In this document: one piece after another, positions 23,978 through 37,508 of the stretch
How the letters are laid out: the number at the start of each line of letters is the position of its first letter
How positions within the stretch are numbered: the first letter of the stretch is position 1
NCBI RefSeq assembly: GCF_001194135.2
Contig: NC_069007.1
Coordinates: 4,239,186-4,303,185, forward strand
DNA length: 64,000 bases
Source of the DNA: Octopus bimaculoides
Lineage: Eukaryota
Direction: 5' to 3'
Translations under genes and position numbers: made by a program
Notes under the pieces: generated by a model
What the model was told of the DNA's origin: nothing
Database searches by the model: none
Seen by the model: only the letters and a program-made list of their open reading frames with translations

Positions 23978-26900
23978 GATTCCACAATGTAACCACATGG
24001 ATATCGTTGGCGATTTTTTCTTCCCCCGTCTTCCCTTCTTTGGACTTTCCTATGTTTCCGACGAAGAGCTCCGCTCGAAACGTCAGATTCTCTTTCTTTC
24101 CTTTCCCGAGCGTCCAGTAACACAATCTGTATCACGTCCTCACGTTGTTTTTTGTTGTTTTTTTGTCGTTTTTCTATTTTGAACTTATATAAATATATAT
24201 ATATATACCACCAAATATTTATTTCTTGATAAATTTTGCCTTCTTTTTTGTATTAAGTAACACTGACACATCTCGCAATTATTTCTGTTTATGAAACATT
24301 AATTTTTGTTTTGTCATCTTTAATACTTTTCTTTTTTAACTTTCAGCAAAAAGTTGCCCAGCTGGATTTATCTATTCCGAATGTGCTTCCATATGTAAAT
24401 TATCTTGTCAAAATCTCTATAACATAAAACCCGATTCGTGCTACACTCAGTGCACCCCAGGATGTGAGTGTGTTCCAGGTACCGTGCTTGACCATGGCAG
24501 TTGTGTTGTTCCCAATAATTGCTCTTGTGAATACCATGGTACTCAATATCTGGCTGGAGAAAAGGTCAAAGTGAAATGCAATGATTGGTATGTGTTTACT
24601 GAAAGTTATTATTTGTTTAAAGGAAAGGATGCACTAACATGTAATAAACAACAAAAGTATAAATTAATATTTGAATAGAAGCAGTGATAGTGTTGTAAAC
24701 ATTATCAAACACACATTCTCAATGGATGTCCTTCCCTTATTCATGAAAATCACCAGCAAACAAGCAATGCACATACATTGTGTACGTGTGTTCAATGATG
24801 TTTACAACAAAGGCGCTGAGTTTGCAGAAACGTCAGCACGCTGGGCGAAATGCTTAGCAGTATTTCGTCTGTCTTTACGTTCTGAGTTCAAATTCCGCTG
24901 AGGTTGACTTTGCCTTTCATCCTTTCGGAGTCGATAAATTAAGTACCAGTTGCATAGTGGAATCGATCTAATCGACTGGCCCCCGCCCCCGAAATTTCAG
25001 GCCTTGTGGAATCGACTGGCCCCCTCCCACAAAATTTCAGGCCTTGTGGAAAAGAATAATAGAGTAGAAAAGAATATTTACCCTTCCCCCAAAATTTCAG
25101 GCCATATATCAACAGGAGAAAGGATTATTANNNNNNNNNNNNNNNNNNNNNNNNNNNNNNNNNNNNNNNNNNNNNNNNNNNNNNNNNNNNNNNNNNNNNN
25201 NNNNNNNNNNNNNNNNNNNNNNNNNNNNNNNNNNNNNNNNNNNNNNNNNNNNNNNNNNNNNNNNNNNNNNNNNNNNNNNNNNNNNNNNNNNNNNNNNNNN
25301 NNNNNNNNNNNNNNNNNNNNNNNNNNNNNNNNNNNNNNNNNNNNNNNNNNNNNNNNNNNNNNNNNNNNNNNNNNNNNNNNNNNNNNNNNNNNNNNNNNNN
25401 NNNNNNNNNNNNNNNNNNNNNNNNNNNNNNNNNNNNNNNNNNNNNNNNNNNNNNNNNNNNNNNNNNNNNNNNNNNNNNNNNNNNNNNNNNNNNNNNNNNN
25501 NNNNNNNNNNNNNNNNNNNNNNNNNNNNNNNNNNNNNNNNNNNNNNNNNNNNNNNNNNNNNNNNNNNNNNNNNNNNNNNNNNNNNNNNNNNNNNNNNNNN
25601 NNNNNNNNNNNNNNNNNNNNNNNNNNNNNNNNNNNNNNNNNNNNNNNNNNNNNNNNNNNNNNNNNNNNNNNNNNNNNNNNNNNNNNNNNNNNNNNNNNNN
25701 NNNNNNNNNNNNNNNNNNNNNNNNNNNNNNNNNNNNNNNNNNNNNNNNAGATTCAGAATATTTTTTGAGAATGTGCACTTTCAAGTCTTCTTCAAAATTG
25801 CAGCCGCTTGAAACGAAATGTTCAGCAAGTTCTGTTGAGCTACTGTTCTTGTGCCTGACATCGAATCTGTACCCATTAAACCTTTTGTTTAATTGTTCTG
25901 TTGTACAACCAACATAAATTAAGTTGTGTTTCGTGCATTCTGCAGCGTACACCAAATGGGAATCTTTACATGTTCCACTTTCTGTATAAATCATAACATT
26001 TCTGTTATGATTTCTAATGGAATTCACTTCACTCATGTTGTTGCACAATGAACAGAGCTTACCTCTCTTGCAGCTGTTCTTTGAGGTTCGTTTTCTTGGA
26101 GTCAGATATAGAGGTCAATAATTCTCTTATATTCTTATTCCGTCTAAAGGCTACAACTAGGTGGCTGAGGAAATATCTGTTTGAAGCGAGGATATTTTTT
26201 CGCCACATGCTGGTAACTTTCATGCAACACTTTTGAAATGCTAGCGAAATGTCGGTGCCAGCTAAACACTGAAGGAATTCTGTCTTCTATTGTATTATGT
26301 TTGGTAACATTATGCGTGTAGGTTTGACTTTCTTTGCTAATCTTAGCTATTTCATTTGTTATTTCCGTTAATCGTGATTCACTGTGATCGTGTTTGACAT
26401 AATGATATACAAAAGCAGTACAAATCCGTTGTCAGTACAAATCCGTTTTATCCACAAAAATTGGGATTTCGGATTTGACCGAATAAGATGATGTAGATGA
26501 TCGGAGCGGCAGTGGAGATAAATGTGGGATACCGTGGACTTGCAAAATAACTCTCACTATTCTTCCCCCACAAAACTTGACTTTTGTGTCCAAAAATTCA
26601 ACGATAGTTTTTGAAAAACTAGACGTAAATTTTATGTTGGACTTAAAGCCATAGTTTCTAGCATAACAATCACAGAAATGCAAGAAGTCCATTAAACTAT
26701 TCTGTGATCCTTCCCAGACAAAAAATACGTCGTCAATGAACCGTAACCAGAATATTGGTTCATGACCATGAAGGGATTTGAATGTCTTCAGTAACTGTCT
26801 CGAATTTCGTCATGAAGACATTAGCGAAATTAACTGCTATGGGGGTACCCATGGCGCACCCCTTCGTCTGGTGGTAAAATCTTTGTCTAAACGTCATTGT

Positions 26901-29900
26901 GTTACTTTATAACACAAACCTCAATAATCTACAGAGAAAGTTTGATGGAATACTTTGACCGCTTTTCGAAGGCATCCATGCATGCTTCTACCCCTTCATT
27001 GTGGTCAATATTGGGATATAAGGAAGAAACATTCATGGTTACCAAACAACAGTTCTCAACATGGCCTCGGTACTTCAAAAAGTTGTTGATTTTAGATACA
27101 AAATCAAAGGTATCTCGAATATAGGAACTTGATCGTTTTGCGACGGGGAGTAGAAAGCCATCCAGCCATTCCGAAATTTTGGCTGTACAACATTGATATC
27201 CACTGTAAATTAGGCGCAATGGAGGAAATCTTTCGAACTTTTTGTGTATTTTAGGGAGACCATAAAATATAGGTGTTCTTCTTTCTGACCTTAAAATCTT
27301 AGATTCAGCCTTATTAACGAAATTGTTTTCCTCCATTTCCAGAATTATTTTGTTAAGTTCCTCTGTGTAATTGGGGTTTTGATCGACAGGTAATTCTTCA
27401 TATGAAGTTTTGTCATTTAAACTTCTTCACAAGCCAAAATATACTCAAGATCAAGTTCAACATATATCAATGAATTGTCAGATGTTTTCTGCTTCTGTTT
27501 TAGCACTTGTGTACGAGGTCGATGGAAATGTACTCAAGACAAATGTGCAGGAACCTGCAGCATTTTGGGAAGAGCACACTTTAACACATTTGATGGAGAG
27601 ATATTTAAATTTGAACCTACTGCTTGTCACTATGATTTGGTCCAGGTTTGTCTCTTTTCTTTCCTGTGTTTATTCTTTTCTCTCATCCTTTTACTTGTTC
27701 CTGTCAGTCTGTGGCCATGCTGGGGTACTGCTTTGGGGAATCTTAGTCGAATGAATTGACTCCAGTACTTATTATTCTATGTAAAGCTTGCGATTTATTC
27801 TATCAATCTCTTTTGCTAAACTGTAAAGTTACAGGGATGTAAACACACCAACACTGGCTGTCAATCGGTGGTGGGGGACAAATACACAAGATACACACAC
27901 ACACACACACACATCCATGGAAGGCTTTTTTCTGTTTCTGTCTACCAATTCTACTTGCAAGGCTTTGGTCAGCCCGAGGCTAGAGTGGAAGACACTTGTC
28001 CAAGGTTCCACATGGTGGAACTGAATCCAGAACCATATGGTTGGGAAGCAAACTTCTTACCGCACAGCCATGCTTGCGTATATTTGTTGAATATTTTTTT
28101 CATTCATTTGCTGGTTTCAGTCATTGGACTGCAGCTATGATTGGACAGCTCCTTTGGTAGTTTTTTGGTGTCAATGTCAACACCAATACACTGCCTTATT
28201 TTATCGATCTCTGGTATCAAATGGTTAAGTCCTTATATCAAACAAAAATACCATATGATATTTTTGTTTGATACACCTATTGCAAATCCTTGAAATTTTT
28301 ACACATGATATCCTGTATACTTCTGCACAGCTTCCATTTATCAACTTCCATATGGTGCAAGTATAGCTACATGGAGAATAGCTACGTGGTTAAGACATTT
28401 ACTTCACAACTCCATGGTTTTGGGTTCATTTTTAGTTTCCTCGTTTGTGTGAGCAGTCGAGTTTATTTCAGATATTCTCATTTAAAAAATCATCTCCGGA
28501 TATTCGTTGGTGTTGCCTTTACTCTTTTACTTTTTTACTTGTTTCAGTCATTTGACTGCGGCCATGCTGGAGCACCGCCTTTAGTCGAGCAAATCGACAC
28601 CAGGACTTATTCTTTGGAAGCCTAGTACTTATTCTATCGGTCTCTTTTGCCGAACCGCTAAGTTACAGGGACGTAAACACACCAGCATCGGTTGTCAAGC
28701 GGTGTTGGGGGGGGGGACAAACACAGACACACAAACACACACATATATATACATATACATATACACGACGGGCTTCTTTCAGTTTCTGTCTACCAAATCC
28801 ACTCACAAGGCTTTGGTCGGCTTGAGGCTATAGTAGCAGACACTTGCCCAAGGTGCCACGCAGTGGGACTGAATCCGGAACCATGTGGTTGGTAAGCAAG
28901 CTACTTACCACACAACCACTCCTGTACCTTNNNNNNNNNNNNNNTCAGTTTCTGTCTACCAAATCCACTCACAAGGCTTTGGTCGGCTTGAGGCTATAGT
29001 AACAGACACTTGCCCAAGGTGCCACGCAGTGGGACTGAATCCGGAACCATGTGGTTGGTAAGCAAGCTACTTACCACACAGCCACACATATATATACATA
29101 TACATATACACGACGGGCTTCTTTCAGTTTCTGTCTACCAAATCCACTCACAAGGCTTTGGTCGGCTTGAGGCTATAGTAGCAGACACTTGCCCAAGGTG
29201 CCACGCAGTGGGACTGAATCCGGAACCATGTGGTTGGTAAGCAAGCTACTTACCACACAACCACTCCTGTACCTTGTTCAATTTAATTTAAGATAATTTG
29301 ATAAATTTATTATCTCTTCATGATGTATAACGATATTTATTTCCTTTCCAGCCAATAAGAACCTACACCGACAAACGAGCCAATTTGAGAATCACGGCTG
29401 CTTACAGGCCCTGCTCAAGTGGTTGGAAGATAAAACAAAACTGTCTGATGAAAGTTATAATTTCTGCTTATGGAGTCACCATCACTTTGGATGGTAGCCA
29501 AATCAGTGTCAACGATGAGATTAATCCTGTACTGCCCTATCTGTCTCGCTATATCTATGTGAAGAAAGCAACGCATCAGTTTGTTTTAGTGGAAGGTTTT
29601 GGATTCCGTGTTCTCTTTAATCCAAACCATCAACTCTATATTAAACTGTATCCATTCTTTGAAAACAAGGTAATAGAAATCCCTTTGTTCTTGTCTTGCA
29701 ATTTACCATTTTTTTTTTCTTTTTTGCTTCTCATCCCTCTTGGAATTTTACACTAGTTTTCGTTTTTTCAATCTATTCAGTATTTTCCCATTTTTGTTTA
29801 AAATTTCATTTTAAATTGTTAAAACCTATATTTTTATGAAACACAAATTGAGGAGAGAAAATGCCTGGGAAGAGGTTCTACTGTTAATTTAAGGATTAAT

Positions 29901-31164
29901 GGTTAGTAGCTGGAAAAGCATCCAGCTGTAAAAATATCTTCCACTAATATGCATGTGTTGTATGTGTGTGCCTATGTTTGCGTGTGGGGACGCAATGGCC
30001 CAGTGGTTAGGGCTGCGGACTCGCGGTCATAGGATCGCGGTTTCGATTCCCAGACCGGGCGTTGTGAGTGTTTATTGAGCGAAAACACCTAAAGCTCCAC
30101 GAGGCTCTGGCAGGGGATGGTGGCGAACCCTGCTGTACTCTTCCACCACAACTTTCTCTCACTCTTTCTTCCTGTTTCTGTTGTGCCTGTAATTCAAAGG
30201 GTCAGCCTTGTCACACTGTGTCACGCTGAATATCCCCGAGAACTACGTTAAGGGTACACGTGTCTGTGGAGTGCTCAGCCAGTTGCACGTTAATTTCACG
30301 AGCAGGCTGTTCCGTTGATCGGATCAACTGGAACCCACGTCGTCGTAAGCGATGGAGTGCCAACATTGTTTGCGTGTGTGAATCAGCAAAAGATGTAGGA
30401 AAATGGAAAATCTATGACTCTTTAAATTCCTCTCATGTGTCTTCATTTATAGGTTCAAGGTTTGTGTGGAAGATTCAACTACAAACGAGCTGATGAAATA
30501 ACTGGGAAGAACGGGGCCCCTGAAACGGTGGAAAAGTTTCTGGAAATTTATAAAGACAGGACTTGTGCAGATGCCCCAAGAAGACTTGGAGATCCCTGTA
30601 CAGATTTCTATTATGTAAGTGAAGAATTTTCAGTTTTGGTAAAATCTTTCATAACTATGGTTACAGGTATAGCTGTGTGGTTAGGAATTTTGCTCCATAA
30701 CCATGTGAATTCCATTTAGATTCCACTGTGCTTCTCTTTGGACAACTATCTTCTTCAACAACATCAGTTTGACTCTCATTTTACCAATAAGATTGATTAG
30801 GTAGAAGTTATTTAGGAGGCCCTGTTCTCAAGTGACAGATTTAACCTGTTGGCATTCAGTTTATTCTGCCAAATGCAATGCTTATCTATTCATATTGTCT
30901 TGAATTAATCATGCATTATCTCATAGTTTTGAGACTTCAATGGTATTTACTCTTTTCTCTTTTACTTGTTTCAGTCATTTGACTGTGGCCATGCTGGAGC
31001 ACCGCCTTTAGTCGAGCAAATCGACCCCACGACTTATTCTTTGTAAGCCTAGTACTTATTCTATCGGTCTCTTTTGCCGAACCGCTAAGTTACGGGGACA
31101 TAAACACACCAGCATCGTTGTCAAGTGATGTTGGGGGGGGGGAACAAACACAGACACATAAACC

Positions 31165-31226
<62 letters not shown>

Positions 31227-31227
31227 C

Positions 31228-31262
<35 letters not shown>

Positions 31263-34200
31263 CAATGGGCTTCTTTCAGTTTTCGTCTACCAAATCCACT
31301 TACAAGGCTTTGGTTGGCCCAAGGCTATAGTAGAAGACACTTGCCCAAGGTGCCACGCAGTGGGACTGAACCCGGAACCATGTGGTTCGTAAGCAAGCTA
31401 CTTACCACACAGCCACTCCTGATCATTTATTTTTAGAATTACTTTGCAAGGTAGGTGTGAGGGGCCAGATCTGGCTAGTTTGAACATAAAACAGGTAGAA
31501 ATGCTGAAGGGCTAAACTGCCAGTGTCTGGTTTAGTGTTACTTGGCTTTTAGAAATTATTTCATAATTTTTGGTAGAGTGAAGCAAGCAATGTATCTTAT
31601 TTTGTGACACAAAATGGAATTTTGGTTCCTTTTTCTGCTACAATAGATTCATATTTGTATTTTAATGTTTGTATGAATAGTATGGTTCAGTAAATATTTA
31701 TAGCACCATGTTGAATCAATGTTTTTATGGACTCTGTTCTGCTGCAACTATTTAGACTCGGTCTTCAGTTTGAGATAACTTTCTCTAAAAAACTAAATAG
31801 TTATTTGTGATACTTGTTCATCTTTTAATTACAGGATTTCATGCTTCATTAGGAGAAAAAAAAGATTCTTTTTTTTTCAAATTTATCAAAAGCTAACAGA
31901 AATTATCTGGTGTTATTGCATGGACTGTTGTTTATTTGTTTGTTTGTTGTTTAGCTCCTGTTCAATTGTGCTCAAGCAATTCTGTTCAAGCAGATCTGTT
32001 CAAGCAGATCTGCATCCCCTTGTAAGTTCCAATTAAATGTTTGTTTTCCAGTTCCTCTGGCAATACTGAGATAAATTGCATAATTCTTTTTTTTTTCTTT
32101 CCTTTATTTTTTCTTTATCAAAAGGCAAAAGAAAATGCTGAAGCAACCTGTAAGTTTCTTAAAGATGAACATCTGTTTTCCAAGTGTTTCAGTTACGTGG
32201 ATTACATGTATTATTACAAAATGTGCAAATATGAAATGTGTCTTTCGAGTGACATCCTGCCAATGTGTATTTCTCTTGAGGCTTATTCAAGGAAGTGTGC
32301 AGAACATGGTCAAATAATTAACTGGAGACAGAACAGAACTTTAATAAATATGTGTGGTAAGTGATATTTTGCTTGGTTTTTATTTCTTTGGTGGGTTTAT
32401 AAAAGGAAAATTGTAAAATCTAAAGAAACAAGTGATGGTCGTCTGTATTGGTAAATGATAAAAACATCATCATCATTTAATGTCCATTTTTCCATGCTGA
32501 CATGGGTTAGACAATTTGACTGGAACTGGTAAGCCAGAGAGCTGCACCGGGTTCCAGTCTGATTTGGTATGGTTTCTATGGCTGGATGCCCTTCCTAATG
32601 TCAACCACTCCACAGAGTGTAATGGGTGCCATTTACATGACACCAGCAACAGCCACGACGACGATTTCATGGTTGCCAGTTGCATGACACTGACATTGTC
32701 CATGACTATAATTCCACTTGGCTTGACGAGTCTTCTCAAGCACCACATATTGCCAAAGATCTCAGTCACTTGTCATTGCCTCTGTGAGGCCCAACATTTG
32801 AAGATCATGCTTCACTACCTTGTTCCTCACCTCCATGAGGCCCCACCAAAAACTGTACAAAATGAGATAAATCATTTTGCTGCAAAGACAAGAAATCCGA
32901 CTTTTCCTTCAAATGTCTAATATTAACACAACTTGCTCAGATATTTGATGGTTCCATTTTATTCATAAATAAGTGCAGGCATGGCTGTGTGGTAAGAAGC
33001 TTACTTCCATGCATGTGTCACCCAGAGTGCATTTGGCTGTGCCATCATTAAAACTGTGTGAAGTTTTGTCAAATCTGGGAAGAAGTAGGAAGGCTGTATA
33101 TGTAGATTGGACAATGTAAAACAAGCTTGGATAATTTTGCTGATAGTATCACTATTTCTAGAACTTAGTGGTTTGGCAAAAGAGACCAATAGAATAAGTA
33201 CCAGACTGAAAAAAAGATGTACTGGGGTTGATTTATTTGACTATAAACTCAAGGCATGACTGCAGTCTAATGACTGGAACAAGTAAAAGACAATTTAACT
33301 CTTTAGTTCCATGTAGATAATTTCTGAGGAATTTCTCTCAGTTCTTGATTGAAAATATTACATCTTCTGTCATTAAGGGCTTTGGGTGTCTAAGACATCA
33401 CTTTGGGTTGTGCTTGTCCAAACTAACTGACTTCACAGTTTCTCATGTCTAGTGTAAGCTTTCTAGTATGAGAGGGTGCTGAAAAATTTCTGGCTTGAAG
33501 GGTATCACAAAAGACCTGGTTGGAGGCCTAACCTTCCTAGTTCTTTTACAGGGCTTCAAAAAACTGCTGCAATAAGTGTGTAAATCTGAGAGGGGAATAT
33601 GTTGAATAAAACCATAATTAACTGATCCTCCCATATTTTGTTATACCCAAAGCCAAGAACCTTTCAGTACCCCGCTCTTATATCAATAAAGGATTTTTAT
33701 TCAAGAATTTATATTCTTTTTTTTTCTTTCCTTTTATTCTTAATTAGGCTATGGATGTGAACCAGATTCTGGGCTTCAATATTTAGAATGTGCAAGTTCT
33801 TGTAATGGAAATTGTCGGGATAAAGAAGTGCAGAATCCCTCTTGTGAAGAAGAATGTGTTCCTGGATGTGCTTGTCGACCAGATTCAAATACTGTCTTGA
33901 ACAACAATATGAAATGTGTCGGCACTGACAAATGTCCATGCTATGACAAACTGAGTGGAAATAAAATCTATGAAGCTGGCTCTATTATGAGGCGGAAATG
34001 CACTAATTGGTAATTATATTTAGCAGTAACAACAATAACAGTAATAGCAATAACAATAATAATAATCATTTTTTTATATAATAATAATAAAATGTCACTA
34101 TCCTCTGGGATTTTCCAATCAACACCAACAGAAAGATCCAGGTTAATTGACCAGACATAATTATTAAAGACAGGGAAAAAGAAATACTTGTAGACTAATC

Positions 34201-34640
34201 GATGTAAATGTTCCCACTGATAAAAATACATCTGTAAAGAAATTTAACAAAATCAAGTAAACATAAGGACCAGAAAATTGAAATGCAAAAGATGTGGCAT
34301 CTTAAAACAAGAATTGTTCCTGTTATTGTAGGTACCCCAGGTATGATAAAAATGGGATGTGAGAAACATCTACATAACATCCCAGGAGAACCATGTCTCA
34401 GAGAAATCCAAAAGATTGTACTGGCAAGTACTGCCCACCTCCTTAGAAAAACCCTACTAACTTAAATGTCTATGTTGTATTACATCATGATAGTTCACTA
34501 CTGCACCTGCCACTTCCCTTCCCCAAGCTTTCAGTCATACTGTAGCATCTTTTATCCTTCACTCACCCTGGGACACTGGGTGTGTCTTTGCAAGTCGTTG
34601 TAACAAACATGCAGATCAAAAGTAAATAACAATAATAATG

Positions 34641-34674
<34 letters not shown>

Positions 34675-35145
34675 TAACCAGGACTTACAAATATATATAA
34701 CATACAGAAAATTGCACTACTGGGCACTGCACACATCCTACGCAAAACACTTTCAATACAGTAACCATAAGAGCATCACAGCAAACCACAGCACATACCC
34801 AAGGCACACAGAGCTGCGCTCGGTAGTGAAGTGAAAGCGCGCTATAAANNNNNNNNNNNNNNNNNNNNNNNNNNNNNNNNNNNNNNNNNNNNNNNNNNNN
34901 NNNNNNNNNNNNNNNNNNNNNNNNNNNNNNNNNNNNNNNNNNNNNNNNNNNNNNNNNNNNNNNNNNNNNNNNNNNNNNNNNNNNNNNNNNNNNNNNNNNN
35001 NNNNNNNNNNNNNNNNNNNNNNNNNNNNNNNNNNNNNNNNNNNNNNNNNNNNNNNNNNNNNNNNNNNNNNNNNNNNNNNNNNNNNNNNNNNNNNNNNNNN
35101 NNNNNNNNNNNNNNNNNNNNNNNNNAGTAAATAACAATAATAATG

Positions 35146-35179
<34 letters not shown>

Positions 35180-37462
35180 TAACCAGGACTTACAAATATA
35201 TATAACATACAGAAAATTGCACTACTGGGCACTGCACACATCCTACGCAAAACACTTTCAATACAGTAACCATAAGAGCATCACAGCAAACCACAGATCA
35301 TACCCAAGGCAAACAGAGCTGCGCTCGGTAGTGAAGTGAAAGCACGCTATAAAAATAAAACTACTGAACAATAATAATAATAATAATAATAACAATAATA
35401 ATAATAATAATTCTTTAGAGCAATTACATACAATTTCATTCTTGCATACAATTATATGCAATGTTTAAAATTAGAGGGTTACAAAGATACTCAGAGATTA
35501 AGAAGACAAAATTAGACAAAAATGGATGGGGGAAGTGATAATGTTATACAAAAGAAGGTTGATAAAATTCCCATTTGTGAGAAAGACATATAATGAATAA
35601 TTATGAAGAAAATACACAAGAAATACAACGAGTACATACAGGGTTTTATGTATTTTATAAAGTACAGTCAGATATTTTTAAAAGTACATAAATTTGGGGT
35701 TGTTCATCCACAAACAGGAGAGGACCAACTGGTTAGGGTTAGGGTTAGAGAGTTTCATATCCCTATTGGCCTGAAACTGCTTCTACTGGAAGAGATTGCA
35801 AAAACTACCCCGCACCTCAAGGTATTCCTATTTCAGCATATGTCCCCTCTATGTTTAGCCCCTTGTGGGCAATAAAGAAATAAGTGCATGCACATACTTA
35901 TATGGTTTTAATTTGTTTGAAGCACTTGTTCAATGGGATCCTGGAACTGTGGCTCAGAATGCAAAGAAGAGATTATTTGCCCCAAGAATCAGAAATGGTT
36001 GACCGATGTCAGCAAATGCCAGTTGACCTGTCTTAACATTGATGAGGATAACCTCTGCCCAAAACATGCTCTATTTGAAGGCTGTGGATGTGATCCAGGA
36101 ATGGTGTTGTCACCAGACGTAAGTATCAGTCTCCATGCTACCCACTAGTACTTCACTACCTCATCATATTCACTGATCCCTATATTTAAATGGTCTCTCG
36201 ACCTGCTAGAAATAGCAACCAATTGCCTTGAAGTCTGACCCTATTGTATTTAGAAAGAAATGAGATACTGAATGCACCTATATATCATTATTACCATTAA
36301 TCTGTTTTCTACCATTATTTTAGTTTTTACATATATTATTCTAATATCATATTAATAAAAAAAAAAGGAAAGAAAATGCATATTCCATGAATATCTTCCA
36401 AACTGTAATTATTTTCCATCTTTGAGAAATTTCTTGCTTTCAAAAATGTTTGATTTATTCTAATTTATATACATTCAGTTATGTCATGCGGATGACTTCT
36501 AATGAGAATGAAATGGCACTATTTATGATTACATAAGACTAGAAATTTTATATTTGCAATGAGTAACCAAAAGAAAAATACTAGGTTGAGGAAAAAGTTA
36601 GTGTGCCATGATTCACCATTGAACATGACTTGAACTGAATGAACACACAGACCACAAAAATTTATAAAAAAAAAACATTATTTTAACACTGCGCACTAAC
36701 TTTTTCCTCAACCTAATAAATAAATATATATATTCTAAGTATTTCCTCAATTTCAAAATCAAATTTCTAATCCTGCAAAATATTATGGAGAATTGATTAT
36801 TTCCGTTACATTAATTGGCCACCAGGCAACACTGTATATTTGGATTAATAATATTATTGTCATCGCCATTTCCACACATTTACTAGTCTACTCTGAGGAG
36901 ATGAAAGTTTTAATATATGACAATGCTGTAGGAAGACAAACCCCAAGCACATGTATGTACAGACTTGTATTTTTATTTCTTACTTATTCATTACAGGGAA
37001 CATGTATAGCACCAAACCAGTGTCCTTGCTCTTATAAAGGAAAATGGTATAAACAAAAAGAAATAATTAAAATTGGCTGCACAGAGCTGTAAGTAGTTTT
37101 TCCTTTATTTAAATACACAAACTATCTTGTAATAATTTTGCTTGTCACTCCGTTACTTAGCCTGTCTGTAACGCTTCCACGTTATATCATCAACCTCAGT
37201 ATTTGACAAGTACTTCATTTTATTGGTCCCAGGCGGATGGAAAGCAAAGTTCACCTTGGCATAAACTGAACTCAGAATGTAAACAGTCGAATGAGATATT
37301 GCAAAGCATTTTTCTGCGACTGTCTAATGATAGGTTATTTCTTTGGTGTTCCCATTACAAGTCGATCTCAGTGGAATTCGAACTCAAAATATAAAGCCAC
37401 ATGAAATATCGCTAAGTGTTTTGCCCAGTGTGCTAATGCTTCTGCTATCTTACCACCTGATG

Positions 37463-37508
<46 letters not shown>

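Noticed and set aside
28770-29275. Triplicated SINE segment around a 14-N gap
   Set aside because: Near-identical repeats across a gap are most likely an unmerged assembly overlap.
34620-35370. Tandem duplication of Dong-type tail B
   Set aside because: Copies flank an N gap and differ by only a few bases; may be two haplotypes, so counted once.
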